A DNA stretch of 64,000 nucleotides from Lytechinus pictus (taxonomy: Eukaryota), in assembly GCF_037042905.1 (NCBI RefSeq), contig NC_087246.1, positions 12,090,001-12,154,000 of the forward strand, given 5' to 3'. Below the pieces are notes generated by a model. That model was given only the letters and a program-made list of their open reading frames with translations. It was not told where the DNA came from and did not search any database. Positions 22,951 to 34,600 of the stretch are shown here, piece after piece. Numbering within the stretch: the first letter of the stretch is position 1; each line of letters starts with the position of its first letter. The position numbers and the translations under genes were made by a program.

Positions 22951-24478
22951 CAGAAATGATAGCAGTAGCTTATGGATTCTATAAAGAAAACACGAATTGA
23001 AATGGTAAAAATTAAAATTGGTAAAAAAAAAAAAAAATCAAGAAATTCTCAATTGCTTTTTAAATTGAATATAAAATAAAGAATATGGATCTGACAGGAT
23101 ATTTCATCTCCATATGGTAAGACACTGTGTATGAAAGTTACATTATCCGACGAGTAAAATACAATATTTGATATCCTAAAAAAAAATGCATCATTCATAG
23201 TACCTAAGGGTTAAAAATATATACATCAAATTTCACACACTGTCTTACTTATGTCAAGGATTCCCTTTTAACAGCAAAGAAGTTACCTACATGTACCTTG
23301 ATCAATGATATGAATTAAACATGTATATTGCATGACTCCACTAACTCATCCTATATGAATACTTCATAAGTTCATGAATGGGATAATAAAAGTGAAGACA
23401 TTTGTTGGGAGCAATTCCTAGACACAGTAAAATTTCATAAAATTTGCACCAATTATATATTAAAATAAGAAAGGAAGTATTTTCCCTTTAAAGGATTAGG
23501 ATGCCATCCCCTAATGAAATTGAATTTTGCTGACAATACTAATATATGAGTTCAGGAAATAAAAATTCACAGATGTATCAACAGATACAATACTCTGCTC
23601 TATGTATTAATTTCAACATTTCATTTCTCCAGCGTATTTTACAAGTCTCATGACCGCCTCATAATTACTTGCAAATTGCAATTGATTTGAATCAATCTTC
23701 ACTTAGGATTGAATTCAATTACTGGCAAGTCTTCATGAAACAGAGCCCTGAAAATCATTTATATGTATAAATCACAATCTCAATTCAAGTGTGCGTCCAC
23801 TGTATTAAGGCATTACAAATTTCTGATAGAAATAAGAGTAGATTCCCTGAATTTTCCTTCAAAAGAATCAATATATCCAAGCATGGACCTATTTCGTAAT
23901 AGGTCCATGATCCAAGTGAGTAAAAACCTCATAAAATATGTATTTCACTTTGGACTTTCTACAAATATTATTTACAAGAAAAAATAATTTTTTTATTATG
24001 CTACACTGTACAAAAATCATACAAGTTAATTTCAATGTACATGACATAGTAGCATGTATGGAATGCTCATGAGTACGTTGTATCACTTGTATGTGTTAAT
24101 GAAATCAATGACACTATACATCACCACATACTTGGATTTCATATATGTACACCACACACGCCTGAGAGGTTAAAATATGACAAAAAATATATATGTACAA
24201 ATATTCTAAAAAGATCAGCGTAGAGGTAGACTTTATGTCTATTCAAACAATTTTCACCTGCATACTTCACTGATCTATCTATATGTAACTACAATCTTTC
24301 CCCTTTAGAGAATTGTCAATTAACTATCAATTTTGAGGCACATAAAGTTTGAGGTTTTCAGTTCCTAGATGAAAGGAATGTAATATTGTATTTTTTTGTA
24401 AATTGCTTTCCTCTTATCATTGCTGATAATTCCATACAAAACAATGTCACATTTGCTTATAGATTTTAATCCAACTTA

Positions 24479-24641
24479 TACCTCGGTCACATTTGCTCTA
24501 CGGTGGCCGTACGGCGAGTCAAAAACAGCAATTTTATTCATATTTATTCAAACCGTCTATATGTAGCTGGTATAAAAAAATGTTGAAACGGCTGTTTTCG
24601 ACTCGCCGTATGGCCGCCATAGAGCAAATGTGACCAAGGTA
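24479..24641. mobile_element. PIF/Harbinger-like palindromic MITE in the PPM1D 3' UTR
   Basis: TTA|tacctcggtcacatttgctcta...tagagcaaatgtgaccaaggta|TTA; ~55-bp arms. Confidence 0.85.
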
Positions 24642-24682
24642 TTAATTACTGTCAATCTCCATAACTTTTAAGAAGAGCAACT

Positions 24683-25693
24683 TCATCTCATTTTCACTGC
24701 TTTCTGTGCACCAGGCATTTCATTATACATTTGTGCAAATTTTCCCTTCATTGATGCTCTCCTTGCCCTTGTCATATGCATGTTCATAATCTTTGACCTT
24801 TTGGTAGCTGACCTGGTCAACCTTGACCCCATGACAACATTATCATCTAGACTCAGCCTTCTCCTTGGGGATCTCCTTGATGAGGTTTTCTTTGGTGGAG
24901 CAGAGCGGGCATTACGACCAGGAGTGGGTGGATTGCACTCGTACAGCACCTCAATGGGTCCATTCTTTGTCATAAATGTTCTCTTGGCCTTGACTTTGGT
25001 TGGGGTGTCCTCAAAGCTCCTCTTCATTGCCTCCACATCGTAAGCATACTCCACTTCGATGGGTCCACTCTTTGTCATGATAGTTTTCTTTGGGTTGTTA
25101 TTCGGAGGACACCGCTGCTTTGATGTTTTGACCTCCGCGTCAGGGTCATACGCATACTCTACCCTGATACCGCACTTCTTAGTATGTATCACCTTGTAGA
25201 TTTTGTCACCTGAGCCCGTTCGATCCCCAACATTCAACTTTTTAATGCCATTCTCCTTTTTTATGCCATTCTCGGACTTCTGCTTCTTCGACTTGGGCAA
25301 TTCCAGGCCATCCGTGTAGCGCCGTTTATACTGAGGTGCAGGGATGCTTCCGTATTGCCTTCGCTCCTTGTTGGACATACAGTAGAGACGATTATAGTTC
25401 TCCATGGAGGTAAGCTTGGTGCAAGCATGACGACGGATTAACGCTGGCCTGTCGAAGTTGTCCCCGTTTTCATCCACCTCTTTGTTGTCCTCTCCTTCGA
25501 TTTTGAGTCCAATGTTCTGCCACTCCTTGACAGAATCTAGATCGATTTGGTCACCCTCATCATCGATGACCTCGGGGTACTCAAAGAAGACAGAGATGAC
25601 CGAGATATTATCTGCTCTCAAGAGATGGTAGTTCCACAGATCCATAGCTCGATTCACCAGCTGATGTGAAACTGTTTCTGTTGAAATCGCTCC
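24683..25693 (-). CDS. PPM1D: PPM1D exon 4 (end of catalytic domain plus long basic tail)
   Basis: ttacag acceptor; LVNRAM...RADNISVI, then an open frame to TGA. Confidence 0.92.
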   Translation of the reverse strand, partial: GAISTETVSHQLVNRAMDLWNYHLLRADNISVISVFFEYPEVIDDEGDQIDLDSVKEWQNIGLKIEGEDNKEVDENGDNFDRPALIRRHACTKLTSMENYNRLYCMSNKERRQYGSIPAPQYKRRYTDGLELPKSKKQKSENGIKKENGIKKLNVGDRTGSGDKIYKVIHTKKCGIRVEYAYDPDAEVKTSKQRCPPNNNPKKTIMTKSGPIEVEYAYDVEAMKRSFEDTPTKVKAKRTFMTKNGPIEVLYECNPPTPGRNARSAPPKKTSSRRSPRRRLSLDDNVVMGSRLTRSATKRSKIMNMHMTRARRASMKGKFAQMYNEMPGAQKAVKMR

Positions 25694-28600
25694 CTGTAAT
25701 ACAAAGATAGAAAAGAAAATTAATGTCTCAGCCATTGCCAGATCTGATATATAATGCACACCTAACAGTAATTCAAAAAATGTTGAAAAGCTTTCATTAT
25801 CTCATCAGGTCATCACTCCCATATGCATTCATGAAGCCTGTTTAATGAGTATTAATTTATTGGATCTTTGTGACTTTTGACCTTCTAACTAAGCCTGAGT
25901 CATATCGTTTATTTTGAAAACCGGTGTTCGACAGCTATAATTCGATCGAACATCGATGCATCATTTTTTTTGCTCCGGCCGTCGCGTCAATGCGCTATGC
26001 ACGCACTGACAGTACGGTATGCGCTGGCCGGCCGGGTGAGCGTTGCACAAGCAGATGACAGAGCAAAGTTCGTTTGCATTTTCCATGATCACAAAACAGA
26101 AAAAAGGCCGGGGACCAATGCAGAATTCTTACCAAAATATCTTCAACAATGATATTTGCAGATATAAGTTTAAAATGAAACAATATTAAAGACATGAATC
26201 ACGCAGAGTCAATCCAAATGATTTTCGGTCAACTAGCATACGCAGTCCAGACTCGCACACACCAGCCCCGTACTCCCCTGAAACGACAGGCGTGCTTGCC
26301 AGCGCCAGCAAACAAGTGCGACCAGCAGAGAGTGCTGTTACTTGCCTGAGATTGTGTAGTTGGCAGGGTAGTTGGATCCAAAATGAGCTCCAAATAAATT
26401 GATGGGAATAAATACGTAATTTTCTCTGGATGGTCATTTGAATTGGTATTCAATGCTGATATAACGATTGTGAGGAAAGATTGTGGAATATGAGTTATGA
26501 CGATCGAGATTTAATCCTGATATATGATAATCCATTTTTTATTTTAGACACAAGAGCATGCGATCAAAATAAATACAAATGTTTTGGATCGAGCTCTAAA
26601 TTTATATAAATTGTTATTGGATGTTAAATAATTACGATTTAATAAGATTTTATGGCCATACTAAAAATATTGACGATGTCAGCAAAGTATGTTATGTTCA
26701 TATGGAAGAATTAATAGTATTATTACCCCGGTATACTGACATTATTTTTATTTATTCCATCTCTGGACGTCTCCTCCGAGCTCCGAGAAAAGAAGCAAAA
26801 TGCGCATGCGCGTTCGATGACGTATTTTCCATTCATGAAATCAGAGCCCAAAGTTGGGCACAAACTAGCTTCAAATTGATGGGAAAAAAATATCAAACGC
26901 AATTTTCTCTGTTTTGTCATGTAAAATATTATTATATGGTGATATTACGATCTTGAAAAGAGTTTCTGCATGTTGACAATGTTCGAGAATCAATCCTGAC
27001 GTGATAATAATTTTTTTAGATAAGTGCACTCACTCAAGTCGATCGTCATGTGATGTCCGCCATTGAAAATTGAAACTAAATACAAACGTTTCAAATCAAG
27101 CTCTACATTTGTATTAATGATTATCATATGCAAATTATCGTTAGATAAATAAATCATGTTCTATGGTCATTATATTAATATTGTTCATGAAAGCAAGATT
27201 TATTTACGTTGATCGCGTCAATTTTCCGGCCATTTTCTGGTTTGATTAAAGCACAGCACTGCGCATGCACGATCGATGGTGACTTCCATTCATGAATTCA
27301 TCGAGCATAAATTATCTCGGCACGAGCAGACGAGTAAGACTCGAACTATGATCGAAATAGACTTCAAATTAATGGTGAATATAGGCATCATAAATACACA
27401 ATCGGTTTCATTTTGGGGGCAATATAAATCAAGTAAGTAGTAGTCAAGTTGGACATTACTGTTTATTTTGATGATTGATTGTGTGAACCAAACGAATCGG
27501 CCGGCCAACGTATTTTTTTTTTCTTCGATGCACCGATTTTGCAAATCTGCACCGGCGTTCGATGAAATTGATCGAACACAGATGAAAATCGATTCAACTC
27601 AGGCTTACTTCTAACTCTCAAATCTGATCAGAATTGAAGTTGATTCATCAAATAGTTCTTCAGTTATTACTTATTACAAGAATGAGATTTTGACATCCCC
27701 CCCCCAAAAAAAAAATAATTAGATCATTGCCACTCATGTACACTGACCAGTACATGGACCAAATTTGAAGTTCTAGACTCAGCCATTCTTCAAATTCAAA
27801 ACAAAATAAAATTCTTCATCTATTACAGGTATTAGACAAAACTTATTTTTTAAATCTGACTAGGAAGCAGTATAGCAAACACCTCATCACTTTTCTAACC
27901 AAAATCACTAATATCTAGGTTCCTGTAAAGGAGTCTTATATTTTTCTGTATTTGCTGTTGCATTAGGTACTCAACATGCAAGTTACAGCACAATCAACTG
28001 CTCAGCAATCATTTGCTTCTGCTTTAGGGAACAAGGTGGACATTAAATGGAGACTACTGTTCATGGGGAGACATCAACGCTCTCAACAAGAAAATGAGGT
28101 AATGCAACAGAACATACCAATCCCCTTCCCAAATTTAATTTCACTGAGTATGTTTGAATATGAATGCCAATACCTTTTGACAAATATATAAATAAAAAGA
28201 ATATGGAGCCTGTTATTCTCGGTAAGAATTTATTCGCATGAATTATGCTGATGTTATGTTATCTGAATCTGATAGCATGGCAGACTCACGCCTCAACGAA
28301 TCCTAATTACCGGTATATAGCACTAAGTTTCACTGACTTGAGCAAATCCAGAAATGATTTTACAAAACTCATATTTACCTGCTTAGCGCGAATCATGTCA
28401 TATTTCTCCACAATCTGTACCGAAGCTTCGCTTGTGACCATGTTCCAGAGACCATCACTGCCTAAGATTAGAAACCGTTCTGAATGTGGATCAATAACCC
28501 TGTGAGATATGTCAGGCTCTGGAGATACAATGTACTGGCCGTTTTTGAAGTTATAGCTCCATAGATCGCCTGAAGTAAGATAAAGGTAGATTTGAAATGG

Positions 28601-31600
28601 ATTTGAGATTATTAGTGAAAGCTTGATTTTAACACCTCAATAAATTCATGTCATCTAATGAATAAAACAAATGAATACATGTATAAATTATGAGCGTATG
28701 AATAATAACAAATTAAAATATAAGAAAACAAAAGCATGAATTATGACTGCCTGCAGTCACATAAATGCTTCCGCCATTGCCAGACCTTGAATATATTACA
28801 CACTTGAATAACCTTAAGGACGTTCCACAGTTATGTTTGTGCGCATTATGATCTGCGCATAGTTTACACTCTGCGCGCTGACGTCACAATGGATGAACAG
28901 GTGATTAATTAGCTGCGGGTATGAGCTGATTTTTCTCATCTTCTGCACTTTAACTGCAGATCCGATGTGTTATTTCATGAAGCTATAAAGTGGAATTATT
29001 CCATGGACCATTAAAAAAAAACATTCTCTACAATTTCAAAATACTTTACTCTGCAGTGCTGCCAAGAATCACGAATATTACCCCGAGTTTGAATAAATGG
29101 TAGAGTGGTTTTGAGTTTTTCTTCACATAGATACAAAGCATTCGGCGCATTTTTGGTGTTTTAAAATGCACATTTGCTCTAATAAAAATGCTAATAGTTT
29201 AAAAACAAGCACATGAACCCCTATTTTTTAATGTTTGTACCGCTTAGGTATACCTTCCTCTACAACTCTGCAAATTTTGGTGAAAATGACATGGATTTTG
29301 AATAAAGTGCAGCATTTATTGTACGTTTGTAGTTAGAAACTGAAATTTCACATTTTTTAGATTGGGATTTTGTTATCTATTACGCAATTTTTAAGAAATG
29401 GCAGTGCTGTTAAACTTAAAATTGCAAACAAATAGCACTATAAATAGATTCTCCATTCTAACAATACAATTATTAACTCTCTTGCAAAATTTGATGACTT
29501 TTTCATGTATTTTGACTGAGTAATAGAGGTTTAAACTCATTGTAGTAATCTTGGGTGGTCTAAAAATGCCAAATTCTTTTGAATGCGCAATTTTTAAGAA
29601 CATCAATTTGGGTGAACTTTGAAGCTCTATAGCAAAAAATCAAGCACATGGACCTATGTTAATTTTTGCATATTTCGAATATTAAGGTTTTAAAGTATCG
29701 ATGTGCAAAGTTTGGTGAAAATGACATGGATTTCACTTTAACTGTGGAATGTCCTTAAAGGGAAGTTCCCCATATAGAAAAGTAAAAATAACAGAAAAAA
29801 TAATACAAAATATTGATGAAGGTTTGAGGAAAATCCATCACAAAAATAAGAAAGTTATTAGAAAGTTAAATTTTTTATTTGTGATGTCATAAACAAGCAG
29901 CTGCCCCATATGTTATGCAATATAAAATGCATAAATTCATTATGGTTCATGACCAACAATCATTTTCTTTCAGGAGTGAGTGTGAAATAATTTGTTAAAT
30001 TAAAATACTGATTCAAGTACAATAAAAACTTGAAATTTTTTGATAAAATTACATTTCATTGATTTTGTTTTAATACAAGAAATGCAGTAAAGCTACATGA
30101 AAATAAATAAATAAGATTCTAATAACTTTTCACATTTTTGATGGATACATGTATTCCTCAAACCTTAACCAATATTTTAATTGTTTTTGTCTGTTTCTAC
30201 AATAAACTTTTTGTCAGGAGGGGAGGGGGGGGGGGACCTTCCCTTTAATCATAATTTACCCACTGGATCTGAAACTATTGACAACAATCCATGACCTCTA
30301 TGATCATTGACCTCATTAACCCCAAATCTACATGTAGATCATTAACAACTTGGATAGGTATCAGTCTATCAGGTAAGAACATATTTTTGAAAATACATGG
30401 TTGTATGTCCTTGATAGGAATATTACAAAACCTTATTTGCCCTCATCTTTAAATTCATAACAATGCAGGCTACAGATAAAATTGTGAAAGATTTTAAACT
30501 GATGTCACTTTTTTTATTTCTAACATTACCTTTGTGGTGCACAACTTCAACAAAAATATTCATTTTTTCTTCTTCAAATCTTCAGGATGAGTGATCATCC
30601 AGCTCAAATTTCCATAGTTATAATTTAATTCAATTAGTAGCTCTTACTTGGCTTTACAAACAAAAAGAAATCTATGAAATGATACAGATGAGGGTACAGT
30701 ACACTGTACGTTGCATTTTAGCACATTGATATCCCTGAAACTGTAAACCACAAAGAAAAATCTATCTAATCATCTGTGATTGCTGTTGAATAATGAAGTA
30801 ATTACCTAAAGATCTGGCTACTGCTAGGAATGGTATATCTGTCAGTTCTGTATTTCTTGTGATAGGCCCAGTATGGTCTAGGCTGGGCCTGGACCAAACC
30901 ACTCTCTGCACACCAGCCTTGTCTTGCACCCGACCTCCAGCACTCTCTATGCGTTCTATCTCTTCTGCATCGCTGGGCTTATGATCGACGGTCAGCATCT
31001 CTGCGACTATTCTCTCATTGGGTGGGATGTGTTTGCTGTTGCAGCTAATACTCCCCATTTTGCTCTTTCCAAGCACTATTCTGGAATCTCCTACATGGGC
31101 TGTATACATGTCAGTCCCACATATAATCACCATGCTACACGTTGTGCCTGCTGTACTGGGATATCCGGAAAGAGTTTTTGGCCAGGATGCTGGAGAATAA
31201 AGCAGAAAGAGAGGTAGCTTGATTAATTAAGATGTGAATTTACAAAGTTTGAAATTTCAGGAAGTGATTTACCTCTACTTTAATGATAGTCAGAGTGCTC
31301 ACTTGCAGTGGATATTGTTGGTGCAAGTAAAAAAAAAACATTTCCATGGTACAGATGCTGGGTGAAAGCGTAAGAAAATCAAGGGTGATTGAAATTATGG
31401 AAGCGCATCCCACTGTCACTGTCATGTACATGTACCACTTATATAAAATAGCAAATAGTAAAACACTAACTTCTATTGGACTTGATGACCTTGGTTTTTT
31501 GTGGCTTGCCAAATTCTTGAGGCAAATGTTGACAGTTTTGGGACTTAAATTATTTCGCTTGTGAAATGTTTTGGAGTTGACCTATTCTTGCTTTTCTACG

Positions 31601-34600
31601 CAACAGTTTTTTTACTTAAAGGAGAATGAAACCCTTGAAACCAGCTGAATCCATATCAAAGAGAAAAATCAAAGAAACATATTGTTGAAAGTTTGAGGAA
31701 GATTGAATGAATAATAAGAAAGTTATGAGCATTTGAATATTGAGATCACTAATGCCATGTAGATCCTCCCATTGGCAATGCGACCAAGATCTGTGATGTC
31801 ACACACGTACAACTCCCTCATTACTTTAGTACTTATTTCACTTATATTCTCACTTTTACAGAGTCTATCACAAGGTGAGGTGTTCTCTTTATGAGAGGAC
31901 AAGTACAGAGGTTTCACAACATTATATCATTGATGAATCGTTTGTCATATGATTAGAATGAGCAAAAAGAAATGTTTTGGGGTATATTTTCAGTGTCCAA
32001 AAGGGGAGAGTTGTTCATCTGTGACATCATAGATCTTGGTCGCATCGCCAATGGGAGGATCTCCATAGCATTAGTGATCACGACATTCAAATGCTCATAA
32101 CTCTTCTATTGCTAGTCCTATTTTACTCAAACTTTTGTTGATCTTATTCTTTGATTTTTCTGCTTTCACAAAAGCTAACTTGCTCCAAGAGTTTCATTCT
32201 CCTTTAAATATTTTTTCGCTTGTTAAATGTTTTGGAGTTGACCTTTTTAGCTTTTCTAGGTGAATGTTGACTCATTTTCTTCATCAAAAGTGATAAAGAA
32301 AAGCTAGATTTGTTTCAGTATCAATGCCTAAAAAGAGCACTTCAAATATTCTGGCCAAACAATATTGGCATGGAGGAGCTCAATAATCTCACTCAACTTA
32401 AGATGAGTCAGGAAGTCAAAAGACGTTGGAATTGGATAGGTCATGTCCTCAGAAAGCAAGATGACCATTGACCAGCATTGTTACACTGCTCTAACATGGA
32501 ATCCAGGAGGAAAACGTAAAAGGGGTAGACCAAAATCAACATGGAGGAGAACTGCAGAGGAGAGAAATACCTATGGATGGAAGAGTTGGAATGAGGCCAG
32601 GGGTTGTGCTAGAGACCGCCAACAATGGAAAGAAAGCGTGGAGGCCTCATGTGCCACAGGGAACGAATGAGGATAGTAATAGTAGTTGACTCATTTCATC
32701 TCCATGGATGATGGTTGACCATGTTTTATTGGTCAATGAGAACCAAATTGTTAAAAATGGAATGTAAATTCCCTACAAACAAGTTGAACTTGATCTACAG
32801 TATGCAATATGGCCTTGGGGGCAATTATTAATCATGAAGGGGGACTTGTCTGTGTACTTAAAAATTGAACTTCAGATTAAACATAAAATTTCTTTTAAAT
32901 TCCACAAAATAATCAGTTGGTATTCTTATCAGTATCAATGTGCTGAAAATCTCATAAAATTTTGAATATAATTTCTTTAGAAAAACCTAGACCAGTCATT
33001 TTTGGATTGAAGTATTGAACCCAATAAATGGTGCCCCATGACATGTCTGGCACCCAGTCACTTTACACAAGATTCAGGGATTTTGATGATAAAGGCTACA
33101 TTTTGAATTTGAGGCCGTTTATAGGAAATGCCTGAAATCAAATACTTTTCCATCATTTTGAGTCAGATTTTTAAATGAATATTGAAGGTGGAAAGTTTAT
33201 GGTTGTTGCAGGTCTTCTTTTATTAGAATCACAGTTTACGTACATGCACAGACAAGGGACACTGCCCAGACTTGGGTCTTGGTCAAGTTGGGGCACCTGA
33301 AGAGTCACAGAAGTGGGTATTTTTAACATTTATCTCATTTATTGTTTATGTTGGCAGCTGGGCACTGGTCACCCACCCCTCATAGAAAAAGTGGGAGAAA
33401 AATTCCAACTGCATTAGCCATTACCATGATTTGCACTGTAGCATTTGATGGTTACATCGTCACCTCAGCGCCCGATTACCAACACCAAGCCATTGCTTGG
33501 TCCTTGGTCGACTAATAAAGCCAGATACTGTGTAACAGTTCAACTAACAGACTAATGTCAAAGACTTTTGCATTTGGGCCTTTTTCGAATTAACATTAAT
33601 CATTAAAGGAGAATGAAACTCTTGGAGCAAGTTAGCTTTTGTGAAAGCAGAAAAATCAAAGAATAAGATCAACAAAACTTTGAGTAAAATAGGACTAGCA
33701 ATAAAAGAGTTATGAGCATTTGAATGTCGAGATCACTAATGCTATGGAGATCCTCCCATTGGCAATGCGACCAAGATCTGTGATGTCACACACGTACAAC
33801 TCTCCCATTCGGACACTGAAAATATACCCCAAAACATCTCTTTTTGCTCATTCTAATCATATGACAAACGATTCATCAATGATATAATGTTGTGAAACCT
33901 CTGTACTTGTCATCTCATAAAGAAAACACCTAACCTTGTGATAGACTCTATAAAAGTGAGAATATAAGTGAAATAAGTACTAAAGTAATGAGGGAGTTGT
34001 ACGTGTGTGATATCACAGATCTTGGTCGCATTGCCGATGGGAGGATCTACATGGCACTAGTGATCTCAATATTCAAATGCTCATAACTTTCTTATTATTC
34101 ATTCAATCTTCCTCAAACTTTCAACAATATGTTTCTTTGATTTTTCTCTTTAATATGGATTCAGCTAGTTTCAAGGGTTTCATTCTCCTTTAACTTCCCT
34201 GGTTTCGATAAAAAGAGAAAAACAAACAAGCATAACACTGAAAATTTTATCAAAATGATCAGATGTAAAATAAGTTAGGTGTATGACATTTTTAACTTCG
34301 GATGCTTAATTTCCCAAAAGTCATGTGCATGGTGGTGAGTCCAAACTTCATGTGTGTCCATACTCCGTGAATGGTCATTATCTCAAAAACTATTCAATAT
34401 CTTTAAAATCTTGACATCAACATGAAGTGACCTAAAATTACTGTCTAGGGTAAAGTTTCTTTAGAATAGTTTCAGTATATTCATGAAAATCTTGAAAAAA
34501 GATAAGCAAATTTGTCACCGTTAGCATCCGTTCTGAAAAAAAATCTGAACTTCTCAACTTAAGCATCACAACAATATCATAATTTAACGAGCAGATATAA

